This document shows positions 26,229-39,728 of a stretch of 64,000 nucleotides of DNA, in pieces. The notes beneath the pieces were generated by a model. It did not search any database. It was not told the origin of the DNA and saw nothing but the letters and a program-made list of their open reading frames with translations. The DNA is from Pristiophorus japonicus (taxonomy: Eukaryota). Made by a program: the position numbers and the translations under genes. The stretch is taken from positions 13,330,001 to 13,394,000 of the forward strand of contig NC_091980.1 in assembly GCF_044704955.1 (NCBI RefSeq), in the 5' to 3' direction. The first letter of the stretch is position 1. Every line of letters begins with the position of its first letter.

Positions 26229-28697
26229 ATGAGATTTAAAAACGATTGCTTGCTAAAATGCCAACTATTGTTCTGTGTAATCTTCTCGTGGAATCCAGTT
26301 TCTGGGCAGATTCGTTATTCGATTCATGAAGAACTGCAACTGGGCGCCTTTGTTGGGAATCTCGCCGCCGATTTGGGTTTAGATGTAAAGCAGCTCTCTG
26401 CTCGCAGTTTGCGGATTGTGCCGGGGCCCAGCAAACAATATGTGGATGTAAATTTGGACAACGGAATTTTGTTTGTCAAGGATAAAATTGACAGAGAACA
26501 GATGTGCGGGCCGGGCATCACTTGTGTGTTAACCTTGGACGTTGTGCTTGCAAAACCTCTCAATCTGTACCAGGTTGAAGTCGAGATTCTCGATGTAAAT
26601 GACAATGCTCCCAGTTTTCCAAAGAACCAGTTCCATCTTGAAATCTCGGAGCTTGTTGCGCTGGAAGCGCGCTTCCCCCTCGAGTCCGCGCACGATCCGG
26701 ACATTGGAACTAACTCAGTACAAACCTACCAGCTCCTCCCGAACGATTACTTTATTCTAGATGTTCAAACCCGCAGCGCCGAGGGAATATTTCCAGTATT
26801 GGTGTTGCAGAGATCCTTGGATAGAGAAACGGAATCCACCCACGAGCTAACGCTAATTGCCGAGGACGGCGGAGTCCCTGTAAGATCGGGCACTGTTCAG
26901 GTTACCATCATCGTAAAGGATGCAAACGACAACGCGCCTGTTTTCTACCAGTCGGTTTATAGGGTCAGCCTGTTGGAAAGCGCACCCACAGGAACCCTGG
27001 TAATCACATTAAACGCAACTGACTTGGACGATGGTCACAATGGGGAGATAATGTATTCGCTCAGTAGCCATAGTTCCGCCAGAGCCCGGGAATTCTTTAA
27101 TGTCGATTCCAAAACTGGTGAAATCAGAGTGAAAGCGAATTTGGACTATGAAGACAGTAATATCTTTGAGATTAATATACAAGCAATTGACAACGGTTTG
27201 AACGCAATGCCTCAGCATTGTGACGTGTTGGTGGACATTATTGATGTGAATGACAACGCACCTGAGGTGACTTTGACGTCTCTGTCAAGTACAGTGTCAG
27301 AAGATGCTCCGCTTGGGACTGTAGTGGCTCTGTTCAGTGCAGCAGACAAAGATTCGGGAGAAAACGGGCAAGTACAATGTCGGGTACCAAATCAACTTCC
27401 CTTCAAACTAGATTCATCTTTGAAGAACTACTATAGACTACTGATTCGTCATCTACTGGATCGCGAAAATATCTCCAGGTATGAAGTTACTATAACATGC
27501 ACTGATGCAGGAAGGCCTCCTCTCACATCCAAGAAATCCATTCGGTTAGAGGTTTCAGATATAAATGACAACGCACCAAGGTTTACGCAGCCTCGATACA
27601 CAGCAAAAGTGAGGGAGAACAACGTGATTGGGGCTTCTATATTCTCAGCGACAGCCTTTGACGCAGATATTGGTCAGAACGCTCGACTGCATTATTTTCT
27701 CCTGGAGACGCACGTTCAGGGCGCCTCCATAGCCAGTTATGTCTCTATTAACTCAGAGAGTGGTGTCATATTTGCTCAGAGATCTTTCGACTACGAGCAA
27801 TTGAAAAACTTTCAGATCCAACTTCAGGTCCAGGACGCTGGAGTCCCACCACTCGCCAGTAATGTTTCAGTGGATGTTGTTATCCTTGATCAGAATGATA
27901 ATGTTCCAGTGATCGTGCGCCCATTACCCGAGTATGGGTCGACAGCAACAGAGAAAATCTCCAGGCTTGCAGAACCAGGCTACTTGGTTGCCAAGGTATC
28001 GGCCACTGATGCTGACGCCGGTCAGAATGCTCGTCTTTCTTACCAGATTTTTCAGGCTACCCATCATAATCTTTTTACTATTTCACCCGACACGGGAGAC
28101 ATTTGGACTATCCGTCGTATTGCAAATAAAGATGCCTCGAAGCAAAGATTGGTGATTGTGGTAAGAGACAATGGAACACCGTCCCTTTCTGCCACTGTGA
28201 CTATCATCCTATCTGTGGAGGGAAGCGATCCTGAAATATTTTCTAATGTGAGCGGTTTAACTGAAGACCCTGAATTTAATTCTGATATGTCCCTTGCCTT
28301 ACTCATTGCCTTAGCGGTAATTTCTACCATTTTTCTACTGATTTTGATTATCCTGGCTGTTAAAGTTCATAACAACAGAAATGCCTTGGGAGGCCAGCAA
28401 TGTTCCCTGGGTGTTTGTTGCTGCTTTGAAACAAGAGATTCTCTGCATGGAATTCAAAAGGCCAGAAGAAATCTTCACATACCACCGAACTATGTTGAGG
28501 TATTCGGGGGTGATCCACTTTCACAGAGTTTCCGCTATGAGTCATGTTCAACATTACAGTCAACAAAGCGAGACTTCATTACCCACAACACCTGCAGATC
28601 ATCTACAGGCAAGAACGATGTCCGGAATGTATCTATCGGGAAGGAAAATCCAGGAATTATGAATTCTGTAAATTGCAGCATTACAGGAAGCAATGAG
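26229..28697 (+). CDS. Clustered protocadherin variable exon 4 (823 codons)
   Basis: ATG at 26229. Donor GAG|GTGAGG at 28697/28698. The 886-aa ORF in the track reads through a CR1 3' fragment inserted just after the donor. Confidence 0.95.
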
Positions 28698-28707
28698 GTG
28701 AGGTGTT

Positions 28708-28814
28708 GTGGACCTGAGTCCATGATCGGATCAGCCATGATCGTATTAAATGGCGGAGCAGGCTCGAGGGGCCGTATGGCCTACTCCTGCTCCTATTTCT
28801 TATGTTCTTATGTT
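28708..28814 (+). mobile_element. Short CR1 3' UTR fragment inserted 10 nt downstream of the exon 4 splice donor
   Basis: GATCAGCCATGAT...GGCCTACTCCTGCTCCTATTTCTTATGTTCTTATGTT. TGTT occurs on both sides; the empty site is GTGAGGTGTTTCTAAAATT after exon 1. Confidence 0.85.
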
Positions 28815-29033
28815 TGTAAAATTAGAAGACGATCTCACAGGTGTGATTTGGGTGTACAGATATATTAGGAAAACCAGCTCATTTAAATATATAAGATGCA
28901 AATAATTTCTTAAATGTAACATTCTCAATTCTCAGCAGTATTTATATTTCTTCCATCATGCCCGTCACATTGCTATATAGTGTTATTTCCTCGGATGTGT
29001 TAACAATTATTGTAGATTATATGTCACCCCAAT

Positions 29034-29150
29034 TTGCAGGGATACAAGAAAAGGGCAGGGAAGTGGGACAAGCCGAGGTGCTCTTGCACAGAGCCGGCAA
29101 GGGCTCGACAGGCCGAATAGCATTCTTCCGTGCTGTAACTATTCAAAAAT
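29034..29150 (+). mobile_element. Old CR1-type 3' tail fragment (marker A)
   Basis: TTGCAGGGATAC...GGCCGAATAGC...GTGCTGTAACTATTC; also present at 36036; absent after exons 1, 2, 3 and 6. Confidence 0.65.
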
Positions 29151-31170
29151 AATGTATTGTCGACTAAGATTTAATAACTATGCCGTAAAGACACTTGCTA
29201 CTGTTAACACTTTATAAATCAATTGGATTTTGCTAAAATGTATAGGACGTGTTGACATTATCTCACACTCGCTAAACATTTAAATGCTTTGTGAGGAGCT
29301 CTGAGCATACATATAACTGTGCAAGTACTTCAAATGGGAGCAGAATACGAGTTCTAACCAGTTACTTCCAATTGGTTCGTTAATGCGTGGTTGTCATGGT
29401 GTCAGCGTGTTAGTTCAAATTAATTAATAGCAATAGTTTTCTAAGGTTGCGATCATATGAAATTGATCAGGTCACCTCATATTGTTGGGATTCACAGAAA
29501 TAGCATAAAAAATGATTTAGATCAATTCCATATTGAACAATTCATAACGAATTTTTTTGAGGTCAATAGGGAATCGCTGGGCATGTCAGATCTCTTCCAC
29601 GTAATATTTAGATACGAGTGAATTGCGTTCTTTCCAGATGAGTAAAGGCGTCGATAAATATCTCCCTATTCTTGGAGAGATTGCAGGTGAGACCAATGTC
29701 CAACTCCAGTCGCTCCCTCATATCCTATCGCGCTCGAAAGATATGACAGGTGATTAGCACCTCTTATATCTGGCCATTTAAAAGAAAAAACGAGAAGATA
29801 ATTGTACCCAATTAGTCTGGCTGGAATTGAAGCGTATGCATGTGAGAAAGAGGACAGCATGTTAATGCAATGTGCCTACCTTCTCTCTTGGATTTTAATT
29901 TTAATCACCACACGTTGAAACTACCATCCAACTTTTGCACAGCTGAAATCAAAGTGGGAAATTAGAACATGGGGTTGTAGCTTTGGCTGAAGCACCACAA
30001 AGTAGTTGCAAGAAAATATTTATTTGAGACCTATTAATACGTTCCCAACTTCTATAAATACCGCACCTAAGGACCTATGGACAACAAAGCAATTTCAATA
30101 TTCAAAAATAGTAACGTACTAAACTGGTAATAACACGACAGTTCTCTTAACTTCAAAAGTAACAAAACACTTGAGAACCATTTGCAGGCTGCTCCAAATG
30201 ACAGCCAGGGAGAACAGGTATCCTAAGAATGGTTTAGAGATAAAAAGCTGCACCTTATCAATATAATAGAATTCCTTGAGAGGTAATTAAGTTAGATTAA
30301 ATAAATAGATGTAGTTTACTTCGATCTTCAATGGACAAGTGACAACAGTTCAAAAATTAGAGTGCTGGAGGGGTTTAAGAGATGACACATTATATGGATG
30401 GAATGGGAATTCTCTTAGTGACAGATGACAGTGGTCGATGACTACTATTCACTGGCATATTCGTCAAGGATCCTTTCTTGGATCTCTGCCTTTAAAAATG
30501 TCGGTAAATCATATGGTTAGTCGTGTTATTATATTTTTCCAATTATACAAATGTGTGTGTATGCAGGTAGTGAGTTGAAAGAAACATGATTATGTACGGA
30601 ATTTCATTTACCAATAAGAAAATTATTTTGGGTGTGTGAAATATGCATTTTATGTCGTTAAATGTAAGCTCATATATATGGATCAGCTATCAGCAAGCAT
30701 GCGTGCAGCAAGAAAAAATCTCTACTGGCAGAGGCTGAAAAAGTACAAAAAATGAGAAAGTGGTGACCATACGTTATACCCTGAATTCATCTGGTCGATA
30801 TAAAAGAGACTGTATTTTAGCAAATTAAGAATGAAGAAGTAACCGAAAAGTATTACTTTTTAAGTCAAGGCAATTTATGCTGAAATTGTACCAATAATTT
30901 TAAGGCCAAATCAGGAATATGGCCTGCACTTCTTGATCAAAGAAGCGTGACCAGGGTGATTTTAGGCTTTTGCCATTAATTTTGATTAACTGCTCAGATA
31001 ACTGTAATTCTTTGCACTTTAGAAAAACAGAGAGTGATTTACGCATGTAAGCCTTTAAAATATACAAAGCGATTGTTAAAACAAAAGATAACAAATGACT
31101 TAAGTTGGATCTGAGTGTAAAAAAGGGCAGCTGAGCAAAATATTCTCAATAGCCATGCAAACTTAGAGAT

Positions 31171-31967
31171 TAACATAGAAACATAGACATAGAAAATAGG
31201 TGCAGGAGCAGGCCATTCAGCCCTTCTAGCCTGCACTGCCATTCAATGAGTTAATGGCTGAACATGAAACTTCAGTACCCCCTTCCTGCTTTCTCGCCAT
31301 ACCCCTTGATCCCCCGAATAGTAAGGACTTCATCTAACTCCCTTTTTAATATATTTAGTGAATTGGCCTGAACTACTTTCTATGGTAGAGAATTCCACAG
31401 GTTCACCACTCTCTGGGTGAAGAAGTTTCTCCTCATCTCGGTCCTAAATGGCTTACCCCTTATCCTTAGACTGTGACCCCTGGTTCTGGACTTCCCCAAC
31501 ATTGGGAACATTCTTCCTGCATCTAACCTGTCTAAACCCGTCAGAATTATAAACGTTTCGATGAGGTCCCCTCTCATTCTTCTGAAATCCAGTGAATACA
31601 AGCCCAGTTGATCCAGTCTTTCTTGATAGGTCAGTCCCACCATCCCGGGAATCAGTCTGGTGAATCTTCGCTGCACTCCCTCAATAGCAAGAATGTCCTT
31701 CCTCAAGTTAGGAGACCAAAACTGTACACAATACTCCAGGTGTGGCCTCATCAAGGCCCTGTACAACTGCAGCAACACTTCCCTGCCCCTGTACTCAAAT
31801 CCCCTCGCTATGAAGGCCAACATGCCATTTGCTTTCTTAACCGCCTGCTGTACCTGCATGCCAACCTTCAATGACTGATGTACCATGACACCCAGGTCTC
31901 GTTGCATCTTCCCTTTTCCTAATCTGTCACCATTCAGATAATAGTCTGTCTCTCTGTTTTTACCACC
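31171..31967 (-). mobile_element. Young CR1 3' fragment, minus strand
   Basis: 175-aa ORF with RDLGVMVH, LEYCVQFWSP and WNSLP; (CATAGAAA)n tail at the left end. Confidence 0.92.
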
Positions 31968-32919
31968 TTTTTCACTGGTTAGTGGTTGTGTGGCGTAGTG
32001 AATTGAGTTTATTACAGGTCAAATCCAACACTTAAAATCATAACATATAATCGTTATAGCACAGGAGGAGGCTATTCGGCCCAACGCTCTCGTGCATTCT
32101 GTCTGCAAGAGCACTTCAGCTCGTCCGAATCTCCGCCCTTTCCCTGTAGCCCCACAATTTTTTTAAATTCATGTATTCATATCATCGTAAAACTTTTGGG
32201 ATTTGAACTTATGTTCTCTGAATTATTAGCCCAGACCCAGTCCAGTAAAACAGCCACAACACTACAGCACCCGTCTATGTAATGAGTGGCTTACTAGGCA
32301 TTTCACAGGGCATTAATGTGGGTCTAGGGTCTTATATAGGCCAGACTGGGTAAAGGCAGCAAATGTCCTTCTCTAAAGGGCATTAGTGAAATAGATGAGC
32401 TTTATAACAATCCAGTAGTTTAACGGTCACCATTACTGATATTAGCGTTTTATTGCAGATTAGTTAACTGCATTTAAATTCCCCAGCTGTCACAGTGGGA
32501 TTTGATTTCATATACTCTGGATCATTCATCCAGGCCTCTAGATTACTAGTTCAGTAACATACCACTATGCCACCGTACCCCAGTCGATCTAGCTGGGCTT
32601 CCGTTTGGAAGAGAGAATTGGGATTCTGGAAATCCTAAGAGTGACGATTAATCTTCATGCGAGGATGCGAAAATAAGTTAGTCTTCCTTACATACGAACC
32701 AAAAGCTGGTTGAAATTCGAAAACGATGGTGGAATAATCATAAATGGATTATAAATGGAATTGTATTGATGGACCCGATGAGCTGTGCTGGCACCTTCCA
32801 TTCTGAAGTTTGTATTTATTTTATACAAATTCCTCTTAGCCAATCTTTAAGATATTCCTTGTAAGAGATCTGCAGCTAACTTTTCGCAGCAGACAGAAAC
32901 ACACAGACTGAAAGATAAA

Positions 32920-33150
32920 CCTTGATTCAATTTTTAATTGTGCAACAATAAATATAAATATTCTGCGCTGATTTCAGACCGTCCAGCTTTAAGAAATGAA
33001 CGGCATTCTGATTTGTTGAAATACAATGTGCTTCTGCTCACCAATCAGAAGCCGAGATGTGATTGGTGATCCGGCCTGCCCCCTTCACAACCCAGCCACC
33101 ATCACGCAAGATCAGACGCAGTGTAACATTGGATAGCGAACAGCTCCGTC
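32920..33150 (+). promoter_or_regulatory. Putative promoter of exon 5 (CSE-like 33028-33045)
   Basis: Paralogous block: AGCTTTAAG 32985, first box ATTTG, CCAAT 33041. Confidence 0.72.
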
Positions 33151-33340
33151 GGTTTTGTTCCCGAATCGATTGGCAATGTTAAAAAAAATGAGAAGATTTA
33201 CATGAAATAATCCGAGCGATTCGCATAACGTGCAGGAATTTGGTATATCGTAGTTTTAATTACATATATCCAAATAACTGCTGAACGGTCATGAATGTTA
33301 CGGTCTCGGACTGAGCAATTTGGGATGTTTTACGCTGGAA

Positions 33341-35803
33341 ATGAGATTTAAAATTTGGTTGCTAAAATGCCAATTATTGTTCTGTGTGTTCTCGTGGAAT
33401 CCAGTTTCTGCGCAGATTCGTTATTCGATTCCTGAAGAACTGCAACTGGGCGCCTTTGTTGGGAATCTCGCCGCCGATTTGAATTTAGATGTAAAGCAGC
33501 TCTCTGCTCGCAATTTGCGGATTGTGCTCGGCTCCAGGAAACAGTATGTGGACGTAAATTTAGACAATGGAAATTTGTTTGTTAAAGATAAAATTGACAG
33601 AGAAAATCTCTGCGGGCCGAGTCTCACTTGTGTGTTAACCTTGGATGCAGTACTTGAAAACCCTCTCAATCTGTACCAGGTGGAAGTGGAGATTCTCGAT
33701 GTAAATGATAATGCTCCCAGTTTTCCAAAGAAACAGTTCCGCCTTGAAATCTCGGAACTTGCTGCGTCGGGAACGCGCTTCACCCTCGAGTCCGCGCACG
33801 ATCCGGACATTGGAACTAACTCAGTACAAACCTACCAGCTCCTTCAAAATGATTTTTTTATTCTCGATGTACCAATGCGCAGCGGGGAACGGAAATTACC
33901 AATACTGGTGTTGCAAAAGTCCTTGGATAGAGAAACGGAATCCACCCACAGTCTGACGCTAATGGCCAAGGACGGTGGGGTCCCGGTAAGATCGGGCACT
34001 GCTCAGGTTACAATCATAGTAAAGGATGCAAACGACAACACGCCTGCGTTCCCCCAGTCGGTTTACAGGGTCAGCCTGTTGGAAACCGCACCCACAGGAA
34101 CCCTGGTAATCACATTAAACGCCACTGACTTGGACGATGGTCCGAATGGCGAGATAATGTATTCGCTCAGTAGTCATAGTTCGGCGAGGGCCCGTGAACT
34201 ATTTGACGTAGATTCCAAAACTGGAGAAATCAGAGTGAAAGGCCATTTGAATTATGAAGAAAGCAGTGTCTTTGAGATTAACATACAAGCAAAGGACAAG
34301 GGCTCTGACGCAGTGCCTGAGCACTGCGATGTGTTCGTGAACATTATTGACGTGAATGATAACGCACCTCAAGTGATGTTGAGGTCTTTGTCAAGTACGG
34401 TTTCCGAGGACGCTCCGCTTGGGACTGTAGTGGCCCTGTTCAGTGCAGCAGACAAAGATTCGGGAGTAAACGGACAGGTACAATGTGAAATTTCAAACAC
34501 GTTGCCCTTTAAACTAGATTCATCTTTGAAGAACTATTATAGACTGTTGATTCAGCATCGACTGGACCGGGAACATACCTCCAGGTATGACGTTACTATA
34601 ACATGTCGGGATGCAGGAAACCCTTCTCTCACATCCAAGAAAACCATTCGGGTCGAGGTTTCGGATATAAATGACAACGCACCAAGGTTTACGCAACATT
34701 TATACACAGCAAGCGTGATGGAGAACAATGTGATTGGGGCTTCTATATTTTCCGTGACAGCCTTTGATCCAGATGTAGGACAGAATGCTCGACTGAACTA
34801 TTCTCTCACGGAGACACAAGTTGAGGGCGCATCAGTAGCCAGTTATATCGCTATTAACCCAGAGAGTGGTGTCATATTTTCTCAGAGATCTTTTGACTAC
34901 GAGCAATTGAAAAACTTTCAGATCCAAGTTCAGGTCCAGGACTCTGGTGTCCCACCACTCGCCAGTAATGTTTCAGTGGATGTTGTTATCCTTGATCAGA
35001 ATGACAATGTTCCAGTGATCGTGCGCCCGTTACCGGAATATGGGTCAACAGCAACAGAGACAATCTCCAGGTTTGCAGAACCAGGCTACTTGGTTGCCAA
35101 GATATTGGCCACAGATGCTGACGCCGGTCAGAATTCTCGTCTTTCTTACCAGATTTTTCAGGCTACCCATCATAATCTTTTCACTATTTCACCCGACACC
35201 GGAGACATTTGGACTATCCGTCGTATTGTGAGTAAAGATACCTCTAAGCAAAGATTGGTGATTGTGGTAAGAGACAATGGAACACCATCCCTTTCTGCCA
35301 CAGTGACTATCATTCTATCTGTGGTGGGAAGCGATACTGAAATGTCTTCCAACGTCAGTGGTTTAACTGAACGCACTGGATTCAAGCCTGATAAGAGCCT
35401 TTCCTTGGTCATTGCCTTAGGGATAATTTCTATTATTTTTCTAGTGATATTGATTATCCTGGCTGTTAAGGTTCATAAAAGCAAGAATGGTTTGGGAGGC
35501 CAGCACTGTTCCCTGGGTTTTTGTTGCTGCTTTGAAACACGAAATTCTCTGAACGGAATTCAAAAAGCCAGTACAAATCTTCAGATACCACCGAACTATG
35601 TTGAGGTATATGGGGGTGATCCACTTTCGCAGAGTTTTCGCTATGAGTCATGTTCAACATTACAGTCAACGAAGAGAGACTTCATGACCCACAATATATG
35701 CAGGTCATCTACAGACAAGAACTATGTCCGGAATGAATCTATCAGAAAGGAAAATTCAGGAATTATGAATCCTGTAAATTGCAGCAACTCAGTAAGCAAT
35801 GAG
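33341..35803 (+). CDS. Clustered protocadherin variable exon 5 (821 codons)
   Basis: ATG at 33341; signal peptide two codons shorter. Donor GAG|GTAAGG at 35803/35804. Unspliced stop at 35815. Confidence 0.95.
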
Positions 35804-36035
35804 GTAAGGTGTTAGTAAAATTTAAAGAAGATCCTCATATGTTTGATTTGGGTTTACAGATATATTTATTGAAAGCCAACACATTCGAATGCATAAGAAG
35901 CAAATAATATCTTGGAGGTAACTTTCTCAATTCTCTGCACAATTTCTATTTCTAATCAACATACCTGTCACATTGCTATATACTGCTAGCTCCTAGGAGA
36001 GGTTTACATTTATTTTTGATTACATATAACTCCAA

Positions 36036-36153
36036 CTTGCAGGACTACGGAGAAAGGGTGGAGAAGTGACACTAGCTGAGATGCTCTTGCAGAGAGCCGG
36101 CATGGACTCGACAGGCTGAAAGGCCATCTTCCATGCTGTAACCATTCAAAAAT
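36036..36153 (+). mobile_element. Old CR1-type 3' tail fragment (marker A, paralogous copy)
   Basis: Same sequence and insertion site as 29034-29150. Confidence 0.65.
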
Positions 36154-37602
36154 AATCCATTATTGACCCGGATTCAACAAATGTGCTGTAAAGCTATATG
36201 TTACTGTTCGCACTTCTAAAATCAATTGGAGTTTACTTAAATGTATAGGATGTTGTATCATAGTCTTTAAATGTTTAGATTTAGCTATTATGTGAGTAAC
36301 TCTGAGCATACATGTAACTGTGCAAGTACTTTACCTGGGAGCAGAATAAGAGCTCTAGCCAGGCAATATAAACTGTTTAGGTACTTTGTGGTCGCCATGG
36401 TGTCAGCGTGCTGATTCCAATCAATCATTATAAGTCATTTTCTGAGCTTGAGATCATACTAAGTTGATCAGGTCGCCTCATATTGTTGGGCTTCACAAAA
36501 ATTGCAGGAAAACTGATTTTAGGTCAATTCAATATTTAACAATACATTTTGAATCTTCTTGGTGTCAACAGGGATTCGATGGGCATATCAGATCTCTTCT
36601 AAGTAATATTTAGACACCAGTGACTGGCGTTTTACCCAGATGCATAAAGATGTAGAAACATATCTCCCTGTTCCTTGAGAGACTGCAGGTGAGACCACCT
36701 TCCAACTCCAGTCACTCCCTCAAACTCCATCTCTACAGGTACGGTAGGTGATTGATACCTATAGTATCTGGCTATTGACAACAAAAAGAGGGATGATAAT
36801 TTTTATCCAATTCATCTGGGTGGAATTGAAGCACATGCATGAGAGACAGAAGTGCAATGTGCTAAAGCCATGTGCCGACCTTCTCTCCTGGATGTGACTT
36901 TTAATTGGCACACTTTGAAACTATGACCCAACGTTTGCACAGCAGAAATCAAAGTGGACAATAAGTACCAGAGATTGTAGGTTTGGCTGAATCACCACAA
37001 TGTGGTCACAACAAAATACGCATTGAGACCTATTAATACTTTCTCAAGTTTTATGAATACAGCACCTAGGGACCTGAGGATAAGTAATGCAATTTCAATA
37101 TTTAAAAAAAGATATAAAGCACTATACCTGTATTAGCACACCAGTTCACCTAACATCCAAAGTGAGAATATGCTTGAGAACCATTTGCAGGATGTTCCAA
37201 ATGACAAACTGGGAGCACAGGTATCTTATGTAGGATTTAGAAATGAAAAGCTGCACCTTACCAATGTAATGGAATTCTTTGAGATGTAACTAAGCTAGAA
37301 TAAATCAATAGATGTCGTTTACTTAGATCTTCAATGGACATTTGACAACAGTCCAAAAGTGAGACTGGAAGAGCAGTTTAAGCCTCATGCAATAGATGGC
37401 ACATTATATGGATGGAATGAGAATTGGAGTAGTGCCAGAAAATAAAGGTCGGTGATTACTATTTTCTGGCATATTCTTCAAGGGTCCTTTCTTGGATCTC
37501 TACCTTTGACAATGTTTGCAAATCGTATGGACCTGGTGTAGTCGTGTTATTATTTTTTCCAGTTACACAAAGGTGTGTGTATGCAGGAAGTGAGACAAAA
37601 GA

Positions 37603-37713
37603 GTGGAAGTGGAGTTGAGGCCAGGATCAGATCACCATGAACTTATTGAATGGCGACACAGGCTCGAGGGGCCAAATGGCCTACTCCTGCTCCTATTTCT
37701 TATGTTCTTATGT
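37603..37713 (+). mobile_element. Short CR1 3' UTR fragment
   Basis: AAGTGGAGTTGAGG...GGCCTACTCCTGCTCCTATTTCTTATGTTCTTATGT, interrupting the AAAGAAACATGATT spacer motif. Confidence 0.85.
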
Positions 37714-38829
37714 AAACATGATTATTTACAAAATGGCATTTACCAAAGATAAAAATTGCTTTGAGGTATGAAATATGTGTTTTAATGTAGATAAATATAA
37801 GCTCATATAATATATATATATATGAATCATCAGGTTGCAGCAAGCATGTTTAAAACAAGAAAAAATCTCCACTGGCATACAATGAAAAAGTAAAACAAAT
37901 TACAAGAGATTAATCGTAGATAATCCCCTGAATACGTCTCGTCAATATGAAAGAGGTTACAATATGGACAATGGAGAATGGAGAAGTAACTGAAAAGAAC
38001 TGTTTTTTTCAAGCCATGGTTATTTATTCGGAAAATGTACAATAATTGGAGGCCAATTCTGGAGTATGGCGTGTAGTTTTCGTCAACAATATCACACCTT
38101 CATTAGACATAATTTGATAGTTGAACAGGACGATTTTAGTCTTTTGGCTTCAACTTTTAACGAATGGTTTAGAGAACTGCATTTCTTTGCACTTTAGAAA
38201 AGAAGGCAAAGGGGTTTACACATGCTAGCCTTTAAAATATTGAAAGCTACAGATAAAATTGACAACAAACTATTAAACTTGGACCTGAGCCGCAAGAATA
38301 GGGGAGTTAAGCAAACAATTCACAATGATCAAGCAGAGTTCAAAATGAGAAAACTCGTTTTCACAGGTTAGTGGCTGTGTGGCACAGAGAATGCAGTTTA
38401 TTAACACGTTAATGAGACTTAGATTCATACAATAAAATTATTAGAGGGCATTCGGCCCATCAAGCATGTACCAGCTCTCTGCAGGAGCACTTCAGCTAGT
38501 CCCAATCTTTGCCCTTTCCCGTAGCACTGCAATTTTTTTTTCTTTCAGGTAATCTGAGAATTGTAAACCTGTGGTATTTGAATTTATGATTTCTGAATTA
38601 TTAGCCCAGGCCCCTGTATTACGTCCAGTAACATAACCACTACACTACAGCACCCGTATATACAACTGAGTGGCTTGGTAGGCCATTTCAGACGGCATTG
38701 CTGTGGAGTTAAATATAGATTTTACGGGTGAGGGTCCTTCCCTAAAGAACATTACTGGCATTAAGATGGGTTTTTCCAACAATCTGGTAGTTTTATGATC
38801 ACCATTATTGGTAGTAGTTTTTTATTTCA

Positions 38830-39728
38830 GATTTGGCCTTTATTACAGGAGGATTTGTGTATGAGTAAAGATATCTTACTGCAATTATATCATCATCATA
38901 GGCAGTCCCTCGAAACGACGATGACTTGCTTCCATGCAAAAAAAAGGATGAGTTCACAGGTATTTCGTAAGGAGGGCCCGAACTACATCCTCAAGTGTGG
39001 AAGATGCCAGTGCGTGGATGTTTTTAACATGTGGTGGCCGTTGCACACCAGCCAGCACATGGGCTTGACAGAGCTAGGTCTTGGTTCAGTGGCAAAGATT
39101 ACCCAAGAAGACTGAAGACCAGCTCTGCTGCAGGGACCTAGTGCGCACACATATCGCAATATGTGCAATTATATAGGACCCGGTGAGACCACATCTGGAG
39201 TATTGTGCACAGTTTTGCTCTCCTTACCTAAGGAAGGGTATACTTGCCATGGAGGGCGTGCAACAAAGTTTCACCAGACTGATTCCTTGGATGGGTATTG
39301 TCCTATGAGAAGAGATTGAGCAGACTGAATACTCTAGAGTTTAGCAGAATGAGATATGATCTAATTGAAACATACAACATTCTTAAAGGGCTTGTCAGGG
39401 TAGATGCAGTGAAGATGTTTCCACAGGCTGGAGAAGTCTAGAACAACGAGTCACAGACTCAGAATCAGGGATCTGCTATTTAGGACTGAGATGATGAGAA
39501 GTTTTTTCACTCAAAGGTGGGGAATCTTTGGAATTCTCCACCCCAGAGAGCTGTTGATGCTCAGTCGTTGAATATATTCAAGACAGAGATCGATGGATTT
39601 TTAAATATTAAGGGATATGGTGATAGTGCAAGAAAGTGGAGTTGAGGTAGAAGATCAGCCATGATCTTATTGAATGGTGGAGCATGCTCAAGGGGCCGAA
39701 TGGCCTACTCCTGCTCCGAATTCTTATA
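38830..39728 (+). mobile_element. CR1 3' fragment (marker B, paralogous copy) containing a nested insertion
   Basis: Same junction as 16999 and 24720; interrupted at 38891-39163. Confidence 0.85.
38891..39163 (-). mobile_element. Non-autonomous RTE-tailed retroposon (SINE-like), 273 bp, 11-bp TSD
   Basis: TSD TGCAATTATAT at 38880-38890 and 39164-39174. The (CAT)n tail plus ~40 nt match the 3' end of the RTE LINE at 53057. Confidence 0.8.
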
